A DNA stretch of 64,000 nucleotides, from NCBI GenBank assembly GCA_002104945.1, contig MCFH01000097.1:1-64000 (forward strand). Reading direction: 5' to 3'. The position numbers and the translations under genes were made by a program. Within the stretch, counting starts at the first letter, position 1; every line of letters starts with the position of its first letter. The notes under the pieces are model-generated. The model was not told the origin of the DNA. It did no database searches and was given only the letters and a program-made list of their open reading frames with translations. This document shows, one piece after another, positions 46,476 to 57,428 of this stretch. This DNA is from Piromyces finnis finn. Its lineage: Eukaryota > Fungi > Neocallimastigomycota.

Positions 46476-49400
46476 TTAAGAATTAACTTCGTCCCTTGAA
46501 GTTAAATTTTGTTCTGGTAGAACGTAAGGAAAAATATTTTTAATATGTACATTTCTATCAAGTAGTTTTCCTGTATGTGGATCTTCAAGTACGACAGTAT
46601 TAAATTTTTGTTTATTAACAACTTTATAAGGACCATAAAAATAAGGATTTAATTTACTTCTTCCTATTAATCTTATCATAACATAATCACCTGGTTTATA
46701 AGTTTTCTTTAAAGCTTTGGATAAACCTATTCTATGTTCCCAATATTGATTAGCATGATTAGAATATTCAGTAGCTTGTTTTACCCAATTTTGATGCCTT
46801 AAAAATCTTCTAAAAATATATTCCTCTTCTGTTTCATTAGGATCTTTATAAATATCAGGAAACATTATTTCTAATGGCCATGTGTCTCTTCTACCATATA
46901 ATAATTCGAAACTACTAAACTTTGTTTTTGAATTTTTGGTAGTTCTAAGTGACCATAATGCAGATGGTAGATATTCATCCCATTCAGATTCATTTTCAAT
47001 TAAGAGTCTTAAAGTTTTTCCTATTTCTTTGTTTCTATTCTCAATCATACCATTAGATTGTGGGTGATGAGGAGAAACAAAATGAACCCATGATCCATAT
47101 AAATCAATCATCATTTTAGTAATATCAGAAATAAATGAACTTCCATTATCAGTAACAATTATTTCTGGTGGACCATGTCTTGTTATTACTTCTATTAAAA
47201 ATTTTATTACTTCTTCTGATTTCATATTTGGAATTGCTTTAGCTTCAACCCATTTAGTGAAATAATCAACAAGGGTAATAATATAAGAATTTCCATGTTT
47301 AGTAAGTGGTAATGGGCCAACTATATCTAATCTGACTCTAGTAAATGGTTGTTCAATTGGGGTTATATTATCTTCAGTATTTTTAGGTAAAGGCTTAGGT
47401 CTACAAAGTTGACATTTTCTACAGGACTTTACCCACATTCTAACATCATTCCAAATACCAGGCCAATAATAAGATTTTAAAATTCTATTTGTGGTCTTTT
47501 CAGCACCTTCATGACCAACAGAATGAGCACGACTAATAATATCTTTTTTATCTTCATCTTTGTAAATAACTTTAAGATATAATTCATCTTTTTTATAATA
47601 TAGAGTATTATCAACAACTTGATAATTTTTAGTAAAATATTTTTTTATTCCTTCAGGTAGGTCTAAATCTTTTGGATTAAAATCAGACAAAATTGCATAA
47701 GCACAATTTACTATTTCATCAGAATTTTTAGAAGGTAATCTTGAAAGGGCATCCGCGAAAACATTTTTCTTTCCTTTATCATATTTTAATTCAATTTTAT
47801 ATTTATTAAATTCTTCAATCCATCTTGCATGATGTCTACCTTTTGATGGAATATTCTTTTTATAAAATCCCAGTAATGGTTTATGATCAGTAATTAATAT
47901 GGTAGGATTTTTATTACTTATAATATATTGACGAAATTGTAGAATTGCATAATAAATAGCTAATCCTTCAAGGTCAGTAACAGAATAATTCTTTTCTGAA
48001 GTAGATAAAGTACGACTAATACAACAAATTGGATGTTCCAATTTGTCCCCCTCCACCTGTAAGAGTACAGCACCAATGCCATTAGTTGATGCATCAGTAC
48101 GAATAATAAATTCTTTATTAAAATCAGGATAACTTAAAATAGGATCACTTAATAGACATTGTCGGATATCTTCAAAAGCATTATTACATTCTTGTGACCA
48201 AATATATTCTTGGTCTTTCTTTAATAAATTAAAAAGAGAGCTTGCTCTAATAGAAAAATTTTGAATAAACTTGCGGTAGTAACTAGCTAAACCTAGGAAT
48301 GATCTTAATTCATTAACATTTCTTGGAGCATTCCATAAAGCAATACTTTGAACTTTAGAAGGAACAGTTTTTAATCCGTTAGGTGTAAGTACATGTCCTA
48401 GTACTTCTACCTTTTCTTGAAAGAATTTACATTTTTGTAAATTAAGAGAAAGATTATATTTAGATAATATTTCAAAAACTTGTTGCAAATGATAAAGATG
48501 TTCTTCTGGTGATTTAGAATAAACAACAATATCATCAATGTAAACAAAAAGACATTTACCAATTAATGGTAAGAGAATCCTATTCATTTCTCGCTGGAAA
48601 GTAGCGGGAGCATTAGTTAAACCAAATGGCATTACTTTAAAATTATAATTACCAAATTTCGTTGTAAAAGCAGTTTTTTCAATATCATTTGGGTTCATAG
48701 GAATTTGGTGGTAGCCAGAGTATAAATCTAAAGCAGAAAATATTTTTGCACCATTAACAGAAGAGATTAATTCATCAATAAAAGGAAGTGCATAAGAATC
48801 CTTAATAGTAATTTCATTAAGTCTTCTATAATCAATACACATTCTCCATTTACCATTTTTCTTTTGTACAAGTAAAACTGGAAATGACCATGGAGAGTGA
48901 GAAGGAGTAATTAAACCTTTATCAAGTAATGAAAGAATTTCACTTTTTAAAATATCAGCATGTTCCTTAGATAATTTATAAGGTTTTAATTTTATTGGTT
49001 TATTAGTAGTAGTAATTATAGAATGAGGTTCTAAATCCGCAGTAGTTAATTGAGACATTGATGTAGCCATACAATTTTTATATTTATTTATAATGTGTTC
49101 AAATTTTGATTTAATATTATCAGGTGTTGAATTTAAGATTTCTTTTAACGTATCTTGAAATTCTTGGTTTTCTTCTTTTGAAATAATTATAGAATTCATT
49201 AAGGGAATATCATTAGCATCATTATCATTACTATTGATAATGTTTGTAATTTTCTTTAAACCTTTTTTAGTTTTCTGGTATATATAATCATCATCAGGGT
49301 CAATAAATAAACGGTATTTCTTTTGAATACCTCTTCCAAAAATTATATCAAAGTATGGATTACTTTGTTCAATAATATAAAATTTTTCTAAAATAGTACA

Positions 49401-50249
49401 ACAATTATTAATATTTATTTTTAAAGTAGTAAAAACATTTGTAGGAACAGTAGTACCATTAGCAATAGTTATATTTTGTTCCTCATCACTTTTTTCAATA
49501 TTTTTATTTGATAGTTTATTAAAACCATTTGTAGTAATGATATTGACATTTGCGCCAGTATCATAAAGAATTTTTAAATATTTTCCATCTATATCACCAA
49601 TTATTAATGGAATATTAGAGTTATTAAAGGAGTACATCACTTTTTCAACTTTAGGTTTACATCCTTGTTCTAATTCTTTTCTAAGTGATGGACTAGCAGA
49701 AAGTAATTGGGAAAGACTTATTTTTGGATATAAATTATTTGCTTCTTTAATTATACTAAATTTATCTTTGGTTTTTAACATTTGTATTTCTGTCATATTT
49801 CTTTTTGTGGTTACTTTGGTTTTGACAGAATTTTTCTTTACTTTTACATCACTTGTTTCATTATTATTTTTAAAAGTTTCTTCATTGGTAGAATCATTAG
49901 AGTTATTAATTTCAATAGGTTGGATATGTTCTTTTGTATTAGTAACTTCTTCTAAAGGTATTTCATTTGTATTATTTTGTTCTTCTTCACTTTCTATTTC
50001 TATTTCTTCATTTGGGGTTTCTTCCATAACTTCATCTTTATCTTCACTAATTTTTCTTCTACGAGTATCTCTAATAGCCTTCTTTTGTTGTTTTAAATTC
50101 CTAATGTTAGGTTGGTTAAGTATTGAGGGTTTGACAATACTTTTATTATTTGGTGATATTTTATTTTTATCTAATGTTTTAACATTTATTTTCTTCTTTT
50201 GAGCCGCATTAATAGAATAATTATTTTCATTAGAGATATTGGAATTCAT
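46476..50249 (-). CDS. pol: Gypsy Pol of element 3
   Basis: LYDTGANVN protease, WSFPVLLVQKK, YIDD, RTDASTNGIGAVL, ADALSR, H-x3-H..C-x2-C, TDNG, NGMIE, GPY; no chromodomain. Confidence 0.95.
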   Translation of the reverse strand: MNSNISNENNYSINAAQKKKINVKTLDKNKISPNNKSIVKPSILNQPNIRNLKQQKKAIRDTRRRKISEDKDEVMEETPNEEIEIESEEEQNNTNEIPLEEVTNTKEHIQPIEINNSNDSTNEETFKNNNETSDVKVKKNSVKTKVTTKRNMTEIQMLKTKDKFSIIKEANNLYPKISLSQLLSASPSLRKELEQGCKPKVEKVMYSFNNSNIPLIIGDIDGKYLKILYDTGANVNIITTNGFNKLSNKNIEKSDEEQNITIANGTTVPTNVFTTLKININNCCTILEKFYIIEQSNPYFDIIFGRGIQKKYRLFIDPDDDYIYQKTKKGLKKITNIINSNDNDANDIPLMNSIIISKEENQEFQDTLKEILNSTPDNIKSKFEHIINKYKNCMATSMSQLTTADLEPHSIITTTNKPIKLKPYKLSKEHADILKSEILSLLDKGLITPSHSPWSFPVLLVQKKNGKWRMCIDYRRLNEITIKDSYALPFIDELISSVNGAKIFSALDLYSGYHQIPMNPNDIEKTAFTTKFGNYNFKVMPFGLTNAPATFQREMNRILLPLIGKCLFVYIDDIVVYSKSPEEHLYHLQQVFEILSKYNLSLNLQKCKFFQEKVEVLGHVLTPNGLKTVPSKVQSIALWNAPRNVNELRSFLGLASYYRKFIQNFSIRASSLFNLLKKDQEYIWSQECNNAFEDIRQCLLSDPILSYPDFNKEFIIRTDASTNGIGAVLLQVEGDKLEHPICCISRTLSTSEKNYSVTDLEGLAIYYAILQFRQYIISNKNPTILITDHKPLLGFYKKNIPSKGRHHARWIEEFNKYKIELKYDKGKKNVFADALSRLPSKNSDEIVNCAYAILSDFNPKDLDLPEGIKKYFTKNYQVVDNTLYYKKDELYLKVIYKDEDKKDIISRAHSVGHEGAEKTTNRILKSYYWPGIWNDVRMWVKSCRKCQLCRPKPLPKNTEDNITPIEQPFTRVRLDIVGPLPLTKHGNSYIITLVDYFTKWVEAKAIPNMKSEEVIKFLIEVITRHGPPEIIVTDNGSSFISDITKMMIDLYGSWVHFVSPHHPQSNGMIENRNKEIGKTLRLLIENESEWDEYLPSALWSLRTTKNSKTKFSSFELLYGRRDTWPLEIMFPDIYKDPNETEEEYIFRRFLRHQNWVKQATEYSNHANQYWEHRIGLSKALKKTYKPGDYVMIRLIGRSKLNPYFYGPYKVVNKQKFNTVVLEDPHTGKLLDRNVHIKNIFPYVLPEQNLTSRDEVNS

Positions 50250-50280
50250 TTGTGCTTCTTGTGTATTTTGTGAACTATTT

Positions 50281-50330
50281 GCAATTTTAGTTTTTATGGG
50301 AGATTGCTTACTCCCATTATTTAGTTTAAA
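50281..50330 (-). promoter_or_regulatory. -1 ribosomal frameshift signal (T TTA AAC + H-type pseudoknot), element 3
   Basis: TTTAAAC-TAAATA-ATGGGAG-TAAGCAAT-CTCCCAT-AAAAACTAAA-ATTGC; the -1 frame is open from the slippery site to the pol ATG at 50249. Confidence 0.82.
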
Positions 50331-50539
50331 TGATTGTATTCGTCATCTAATTCTGGACAATCATTCGTAGTATGACCTATTCTTTTACAATTTAAGCAAA
50401 CATTAATTTTTAGGTCAGCAAGCTTTTGAGTTATTTCTTTTAACTCATCATCATTATTTTATGAGTATTTTAAGGTACTTTTTCTTTGCTAAACGTTTTG
50501 ATTAATATTATTAAATCTTGAATAATTATTGTTATCATT
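50321..50539 (-). pseudogene. gag: 3' part of element-3 gag, separated from its 5' part by the chromovirus
   Basis: In frame with 57429-58183 across the TSD; encodes CLNCKRIGHTTNDC; contains two premature stops (TAG, TAA). Confidence 0.85.
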
Positions 50540-51292
50540 TGTAAAGATATAATATATATCTTTAGATTATTTAATAATTAACTATTAATTATTAAATAAT
50601 AAATTAATATTTATTAAAATTAACTATGAAGTTTTTAATATTCAATGGAATAATTTAATAATAAATTATTTTATAATAATTCCGTCAAAATTAAATAAAG
50701 ATAAATATTTAAATTTAAGGAACAAAAGAATCCTAATTAAATTTAAATATTTCAAATATTTTAAATATTCATAATAACTTTAAATACTTTTTATTTAATT
50801 TTAGAATAGTTTAATAATAATATACTTTCTTATTTAAATTTAGAATAGTTTAATAATTTTAACTGAGTTTTAAAAATAGATGTGTTTATATTTCAATAGG
50901 AAATATATTAAGAATAGTATTGATAATATTAAATTAATTTATAGATAATACCTGAGCTTTATTCAATTTTGAGTTTACTCAAATTAAATTAAAAGTATAA
51001 TGAATTAGTTTTAGTTTAGTTTTATTATTTTATTATTTAATTAGATTAGTTTTGTTTATTTTATATTAAATATATGTTTATTTAAATAGAATAATATATT
51101 AGAATATAATTATGAAAAAATATAAATACATGTAAATTTTATCAATTGAATCGATGTAATTGTTATTTTATTTCTAACCATTAATAAAGAAGATAATTTT
51201 TTAAAAAAAAAGAAACTCCTATTTTTATTTTATCGTGTGTTTAATTGTTTTATTGTTAAATATATAATCTGTTTTAAGATTAATATTTTACA

Positions 51293-51303
51293 ATAACAAT
51301 TAC
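51293..51303 (+). promoter_or_regulatory. Self-priming (Tf1-type) primer binding site
   Basis: ATAACAATTAC directly follows the 5' LTR and is the exact complement of GTAATTGTTAT at 51156-51166, which lies ~35 nt after TATAAATA at 51121. Confidence 0.8.
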
Positions 51304-51859
51304 CTTTTATTTTAAAAAAACACGTTATATTTTAATAATAAAACAATTTTATCTTTGAAACTACTGGAACTTTTGGTGAATCCGAAGTTGTGGAACTACT
51401 ACTGTGATTTAAAAGCTTACGGAAATTTTCTTTCTACTTGGAACTCTAGGAATTCTTTTTACTTAGATATTTAGAAGAATTCCCTTTGTGTAACGTTTAC
51501 TTTGATCTTTAGAAGATATTTTTATAATTATTCTCTCGTGGAATTCTCTTTGTGTAACGAAAACTCAACCGTTGATACAAAAGTTATTTTTTCGATTAAT
51601 TATTTTATACTATTAAAGATCTCGACGACACCGTTTGATAGGATAGAGTCAGATCGACGTCTTTAAATATAGTATATTATCAATTTAATTGAAAAAGGGT
51701 AACTTATAAGAGTATTTTGTGATAATACAAAAATAAAATTTTATATATTAATGAATTTTTTGACAAGCTATTAAAGAAAGAATAAATTTTGTATCTTTAA
51801 AAGCTTCTTAATTTTGATCAAAAAAAAAAAAAAAAAAAATTTAATACCATATTTTCAAA

Positions 51860-54800
51860 GTGGAAGATCTAAATAAAATTTTTCAAAATTTAACTATTAA
51901 GGACGTAGAGATGTCAGAAAATCATAGCAACCTTAGGAAAATCAATAGTCCACCCCTATTTTATGGAAATAGGAAAGATCTTGAAGGTTTTCTAACTAGA
52001 GTCGAACTAACCTTTGAAGATGAACCAGACCGCTTCTCAGATGATAGCAAGAAGATTAGATATATTATGTCCTTCTTTGAGGACAAAGCTTTGAAATGGG
52101 CTATTATATTAAGGAGAGAAAGAAATCCAATTCTTAACTCCTTAGATGATTTTATCCGTGAAATGAGATCACAATTTGGTGATCAAGATTGTGAGACTGT
52201 TGTAGCCAATGGAAAACTATGTACAATAAAACAAAAAAGTTACAAGAATGTTTATTCGTACATAAATGAATTTAAAAGAATTAGCCAGTACTCAAACTTT
52301 AATGAGGCCGCTAAAATATATATGTTCATTCAAGGATTACATTACAAAATGAGGGAACATCTTGCTGTTGTCGATTCTAATCATGATGACCTCAATAAAC
52401 TCTACAGTGAAGTTATAAATATTGAGAGTCTCACCAAAAGAATAAATATTAGCGAACATTATTTTAAAAATAATGAAGGAAGAGGCAACAAGAAAGATCA
52501 AGATAATGATCCTATGGACGTTGATCTTATGAGAATTAAAAGTGGTAATAAATATACTCATCACTATGCGGATCCAAAAAGGGATTACTATGTTAAGAAC
52601 AATGATTCCCATGAAGAAGAAAAGAAAAAAGGTCTTTATTTTTTATGCAAGAAGCCGGGACACCTACAATTCAACTGTCCTAACAAGAGAAAGCCAATGA
52701 ATGTTAGAACCATTCAGGAAAAAGGCTCACATTCTAACGATACTGCCTCTTTGAATAGAATAATTAAGCTAGATAAATTTATGGACATAGCTACAATCCA
52801 TGAAATTGTGAAGAGAGAAAATTTATCAAGAAAGAAAAATAATATCCTTAACTTCTCAATTAAGTCAAATGAAGGAGATGAAGTCAGAGCTAGAGTACTA
52901 ATTGATTCTGGATCTGATCTTAACTTTATTCACCCTGACTTTATTAAAAAACATAAAATCGGAACTAGAAAAGTTAAGGAATCAATAAGAGTTACGGGAT
53001 TGGGATGTGATGTAGCCGTGGTTGAAAGTGAAACAGAAAAGTGTATTCTTCGCTATCGAAACCATCTCGAGGTTATCAAGCTCTATGCTCTTAGAATTCC
53101 AGATGTCGATATCATTCTTGGTATCCCTTGGATTGATAAGCATAGCCCTCAAAACTACCACGACGCGAGCAAAATTCGGTTTAATTCTGATTATTGTTCT
53201 CGCCATTGTAATAATGGAAAAAGAAAGCACAAATCAAAAAAGAAGAAATCTAATAAAAAGAACAACTCTATACAAGAAACCAAAATTATGACAAATCCTC
53301 AAATTCACAAAAGAAAATTATCGGAGGTAACTGAAGATGCTGATGAAGATTTTGAATATGTTCGTGGTCGTCGTTCTCGTATTTGTACTATTATTGATAA
53401 TAATAGTGATAATGATGATTTTTATCATTATAGGAATTTTAATAAAAACTTAAATTGTAATAACTGTAATAGTATTAGTGATAGTTTTAGTATTGGTAAT
53501 AATTATAAAAAGAGTTTTAATAGTATTTGTAGTAATAATAATTGTAAGTGTAATAATTGTCTTAAGTGTATTAATTGTATTAATATGAAAAAATTAAATG
53601 TAATTAATGAAAATAACTTAAATAAAGATAAAAAATTGGTCTCAGTGCCAAAACAATATTTAATTTATAAAGAAGTGTTTAATGAAAATAATTGTAATAT
53701 GTTACCACCTCATCGTGAATATGATTGTGAAATTAAATTAAAAGATAATTCTAATTTGTTTTATGGTCCCCTTTATCCATTAACTGAAGCAGAAAGAGAT
53801 GAACTAAAAAATTACATTAAAGAAAATTTAGAAAAAGGTTTCATCAGGAAATCTACATCTCCTGCTGGGGCACCAGTTTTATTTGTTAAAAAGAAAGATG
53901 GCTCATTACGGCTATGTGTTGATTATAGGAAGCTTAACGACATGACTATTAGAAACTCATACCCTCTTCCTTTGATCAGTGACTTATTAGATAGAGTGAA
54001 AGGAGCAAAGTATTTTACTAAGTTAGATTTAAGGTCAGCCTACAACTTAGTTAGAATCAAGGAAGGTGATGAATTTAAAACTGCCTTTAGAACTAGGTAT
54101 GGGCACTTTGAATACCTTGTTATGCCGTTCGGGTTAAAGAATGCACCTGCTACCTTCCAGCATTTTATTAATGATGTTCTTAGTGAATATTTGGATGATT
54201 TTGTTATTTCCTATATCGATGATATTTTAATTTTCTCAAATAGTTTAGAAGAACATCATGTACACGTGAAAAAAGTATTAAAGAAATTATTAGATAATAA
54301 TTTGTTTGTTAAATTAGAAAAGTGTGAATTCGACGTCCCTGAGACAACTTTTCTTGGATATGTGTTATCGAGGGAAGGCCTAAGAATGGACAGTAATAAA
54401 GTGAAAGCTATTCTTGACTGGCCTGTTCCTACTTCTGTTAAAGAAGTCCAATTCTTTATTGGTTTATGCAATTATTACAGAATTTTTATTAAAGATTTTG
54501 CTAGGATAGCTAATCCGCTGCATAAACTCACTAGAAAAAATGTTCCTTTTACTTGGAGCTCAGAACATCAGAAAGCATTTGATACCCTCAAAGAATTATT
54601 TACTTCCGCACCTATTCTTATAAATCCTGATAGTAATAAACCATTTATTGTCGAGACTGACGCAAGTAACTTCGCGGTTGGCGCAATTTTGTCACAAGAA
54701 TTTGAGGGTCAGTTGCATCCGGTCGCTTTTATTTCTTCAAGTTTAACAAAGTCTCAAAGAAATTATCAAATCTATGATAAAGAATTGCTTGCTATCAAAG

Positions 54801-56644
54801 TAGCTCTGGAAGAATGGAGACACTATTTGGAAGGTGCTAGACATCAGTTTACCATCTATACTGATCATAAGAATTTGACGTTCCCTAGAAAGCCTGAAAT
54901 GCTATCGCAACGACAAATAAGATGGTATGAGTTCCTATCTCGTTTTGACTTTAAGCTAATTTACAGAGCTGGTAAAAAGTCTGGAAAACCTGATTTATTA
55001 TCAAGACATAGTGATCATTTATTTAATAATATTTCATGTAATAAAATTTCTTGTAACGTAATTGATAATATTAATAAAAATGATAATACTTTGATTAATT
55101 CCATTTTATGCTCTCAAAAAAAAGATGTGTTTTACAATAAAATTTTTTCTTACTTTAATAATAACAATAAGTCCTCGTCCCCACCATGTAAAAACATTGA
55201 TAAATATTTTATCGATGTTGATGGCTATTTGTTATTTAATAATTTAATTTATGTTCCACCTAATTTAAGAACTAGAATTTTAGAGTTGCATCATAACTCT
55301 ATTTCCGCTGGCCATTTTGGTATTAATAAGACTACCGAATTAATTAGCAGAAATTTTTGGTGGCCAAAATATTATGATGATGTTAAAAAGTTTGTTAAGT
55401 CCTGTGTAACTTGTTGTAAAGCTAAAGTTCCAAGACATAGACCATATGGGTTGCTATCTCCTCTTCCTACTCCTGATAGAGCTTGGTCTGAATTATCTAT
55501 GGACTTCATTGTTGAATTACCAAAGTCCAAAGATATGACTACCATTATGGTCATTGTTGATAGACTAACCAAAATGGCTCATTTTATTCCCTTAAGGTGC
55601 CTTCCTACTGCATCTATTGCAGCTGATGTTTTTATCAACAATATCTTTCGGTTACATGGTTTCCCCGAATCAATTGTTTCTGACCGTGGTACTCAGTTTA
55701 CTTCTGAATTTTGGAATCGTCTGTGTGATTTATTAAATATTAAACTTAAGTTTTCCACTGCTAACCACCCACAGACTGATGATCAAACGGAGAGAGTGAA
55801 CGGGATATTGGAACAATATCTCCGTTGTTTTATTAATGAAAAACAAAATAATTGGATTGATTTGCTTCCTTTTGCCGAATTTGCCTATAACAACACATTA
55901 CAGCAATCGATCAATCAATCCCCATTTTATGCAAACTATGGTTTTAATCCCAAATTTAATATCGATATTCCTTCAGCTAATAAACCAAATAGAGCTGAAC
56001 AAAGAATTTTAGATATAAATAAAAATATCAAACTTCTAAAGGAAAATCTTGATCATGCAAAAGAAACTTATAAAAAATATGCTGATCAAAGAAGAATTGA
56101 ATCACCAAAGTTTGAAGTTGGAATGAAAGTTTGGTTATTGAAAGGAATAAATACTTCAGGAAAAAACATTAAAAGAAAACTGTCTGATCAAATGCTAGGA
56201 CCATTTAAAATTATTAAAAAAGTAAGTCCCCTAGCATTTGAATTGAAATTACCACACAATTTGCGTTGTCATCCTGTCTTTCATGTTTCGTTATTAGAAC
56301 CGTATACTGAAAACAAATTTAAAGATAGGACAAATAATTATAATAGGAAAAATATCCAATTAAATATTGATACAAATGAAAAAATTCCAGAAAAAATTAT
56401 TAAAGAAAGAACTTATAATAAAAAGAAATCATTTCTTGTTACTTATAAATATCTTGATTCAAGTGAAAATCGATGGATTCCCGAGGATCAGATTTTAGAT
56501 AGACAATTGATCCAAGAATTTTACAGAAGAAACAAAAAGCTAAGAAAAAATAAAGACAACGAATATATGGATAATTTAAACAACGACGGTATGATTCGAA
56601 CAAAGTATAGACCATTTGTTATAGAAATTCCATCTAGAAAATGA
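51860..56644 (+). CDS. gag-pol: Chromovirus Gag-Pol polyprotein with C-terminal chromodomain
   Basis: PMDVD gag motif, degenerate knuckle, LIDSGS protease, GAPVLFVKKKDGSLRLCVDYR, YIDD, ETDAS, integrase HHCC, MDFI, SDRG, GPF..FELKLP..HPVFHVSLLEPY, chromodomain (PEKII..R..KSFLVTY..W). First codon is GTG. Confidence 0.95.
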   Translation: MEDLNKIFQNLTIKDVEMSENHSNLRKINSPPLFYGNRKDLEGFLTRVELTFEDEPDRFSDDSKKIRYIMSFFEDKALKWAIILRRERNPILNSLDDFIREMRSQFGDQDCETVVANGKLCTIKQKSYKNVYSYINEFKRISQYSNFNEAAKIYMFIQGLHYKMREHLAVVDSNHDDLNKLYSEVINIESLTKRINISEHYFKNNEGRGNKKDQDNDPMDVDLMRIKSGNKYTHHYADPKRDYYVKNNDSHEEEKKKGLYFLCKKPGHLQFNCPNKRKPMNVRTIQEKGSHSNDTASLNRIIKLDKFMDIATIHEIVKRENLSRKKNNILNFSIKSNEGDEVRARVLIDSGSDLNFIHPDFIKKHKIGTRKVKESIRVTGLGCDVAVVESETEKCILRYRNHLEVIKLYALRIPDVDIILGIPWIDKHSPQNYHDASKIRFNSDYCSRHCNNGKRKHKSKKKKSNKKNNSIQETKIMTNPQIHKRKLSEVTEDADEDFEYVRGRRSRICTIIDNNSDNDDFYHYRNFNKNLNCNNCNSISDSFSIGNNYKKSFNSICSNNNCKCNNCLKCINCINMKKLNVINENNLNKDKKLVSVPKQYLIYKEVFNENNCNMLPPHREYDCEIKLKDNSNLFYGPLYPLTEAERDELKNYIKENLEKGFIRKSTSPAGAPVLFVKKKDGSLRLCVDYRKLNDMTIRNSYPLPLISDLLDRVKGAKYFTKLDLRSAYNLVRIKEGDEFKTAFRTRYGHFEYLVMPFGLKNAPATFQHFINDVLSEYLDDFVISYIDDILIFSNSLEEHHVHVKKVLKKLLDNNLFVKLEKCEFDVPETTFLGYVLSREGLRMDSNKVKAILDWPVPTSVKEVQFFIGLCNYYRIFIKDFARIANPLHKLTRKNVPFTWSSEHQKAFDTLKELFTSAPILINPDSNKPFIVETDASNFAVGAILSQEFEGQLHPVAFISSSLTKSQRNYQIYDKELLAIKVALEEWRHYLEGARHQFTIYTDHKNLTFPRKPEMLSQRQIRWYEFLSRFDFKLIYRAGKKSGKPDLLSRHSDHLFNNISCNKISCNVIDNINKNDNTLINSILCSQKKDVFYNKIFSYFNNNNKSSSPPCKNIDKYFIDVDGYLLFNNLIYVPPNLRTRILELHHNSISAGHFGINKTTELISRNFWWPKYYDDVKKFVKSCVTCCKAKVPRHRPYGLLSPLPTPDRAWSELSMDFIVELPKSKDMTTIMVIVDRLTKMAHFIPLRCLPTASIAADVFINNIFRLHGFPESIVSDRGTQFTSEFWNRLCDLLNIKLKFSTANHPQTDDQTERVNGILEQYLRCFINEKQNNWIDLLPFAEFAYNNTLQQSINQSPFYANYGFNPKFNIDIPSANKPNRAEQRILDINKNIKLLKENLDHAKETYKKYADQRRIESPKFEVGMKVWLLKGINTSGKNIKRKLSDQMLGPFKIIKKVSPLAFELKLPHNLRCHPVFHVSLLEPYTENKFKDRTNNYNRKNIQLNIDTNEKIPEKIIKERTYNKKKSFLVTYKYLDSSENRWIPEDQILDRQLIQEFYRRNKKLRKNKDNEYMDNLNNDGMIRTKYRPFVIEIPSRK

Positions 56645-57428
56645 TCTCACAGGAGCTCGACTTAAAGGGCGAGATTGTAAAGATATAATATATATCTTTA
56701 GATTATTTAATAATTAACTATTAATTATTAAATAATAAATTAATATTTATTAAAATTAACTATGAAGTTTTTAATATTCAATGGAATAATTTAATAATAA
56801 ATTATTTTATAATAATTCCGTCAAAATTAAATAAAGATAAATATTTAAATTTAAGGAACAAAAGAATCCTAATTAAATTTAAATATTTCAAATATTTTAA
56901 ATATTCATAATAACTTTAAATACTTTTTATTTAATTTTAGAATAGTTTAATAATAATATACTTTCTTATTTAAATTTAGAATAGTTTAATAATTTTAACT
57001 GAGTTTTAAAAATAGATGTGTTTATATTTCAATAGGAAATATATTAAGAATAGTATTGATAATATTAAATTAATTTATAGATAATACCTGAGCTTTATTC
57101 AATTTTGAGTTTACTCAAATTAAATTAAAAGTATAATGAATTAGTTTTAGTTTAGTTTTATTATTTTATTATTTAATTAGATTAGTTTTGTTTATTTTAT
57201 ATTAAATATATGTTTATTTAAATAGAATAATATATTAGAATATAATTATGAAAAAATATAAATACATGTAAATTTTATCAATTGAATCGATGTAATTGTT
57301 ATTTTATTTCTAACCATTAATAAAGAAGATAATTTTTTAAAAAAAAAGAAACTCCTATTTTTATTTTATCGTGTGTTTAATTGTTTTATTGTTAAATATA
57401 TAATCTGTTTTAAGATTAATATTTTACA

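Larger units (their letters stand above)
50540..57428 (+). mobile_element. Full-length chromovirus (Tf1/sushi-like Ty3/Gypsy), recent insertion
   Basis: 753-bp LTRs at 50540-51292 and 56676-57428 with no difference found by eye; 5-bp TSD TCATT; PPT AAAGGGCGAGAT at 56664-56675; single gag-pol ORF. Confidence 0.96.

Noticed and set aside
50460-50500. In-frame TAG/TAA at likely Gln positions in element-3 gag and the element-1 junction: stop-codon reassignment or RIP?
   Set aside because: Host genes here end normally in TAA/TAG, so there is no recoding. CAA/CAG>TAA/TAG is the commonest route to nonsense codons. The roughly 8 differences between element-1 LTRs include several T>C/A>G changes and a transversion, so there is no clear RIP-like CpA bias.
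51355-51560. Short direct repeats (GAATTC.CTTTGTGTAACG) in the chromovirus leader, superficially CRISPR-like
   Set aside because: Only two imperfect copies with irregular spacing, inside an LTR element leader in a eukaryote, with no cas genes.
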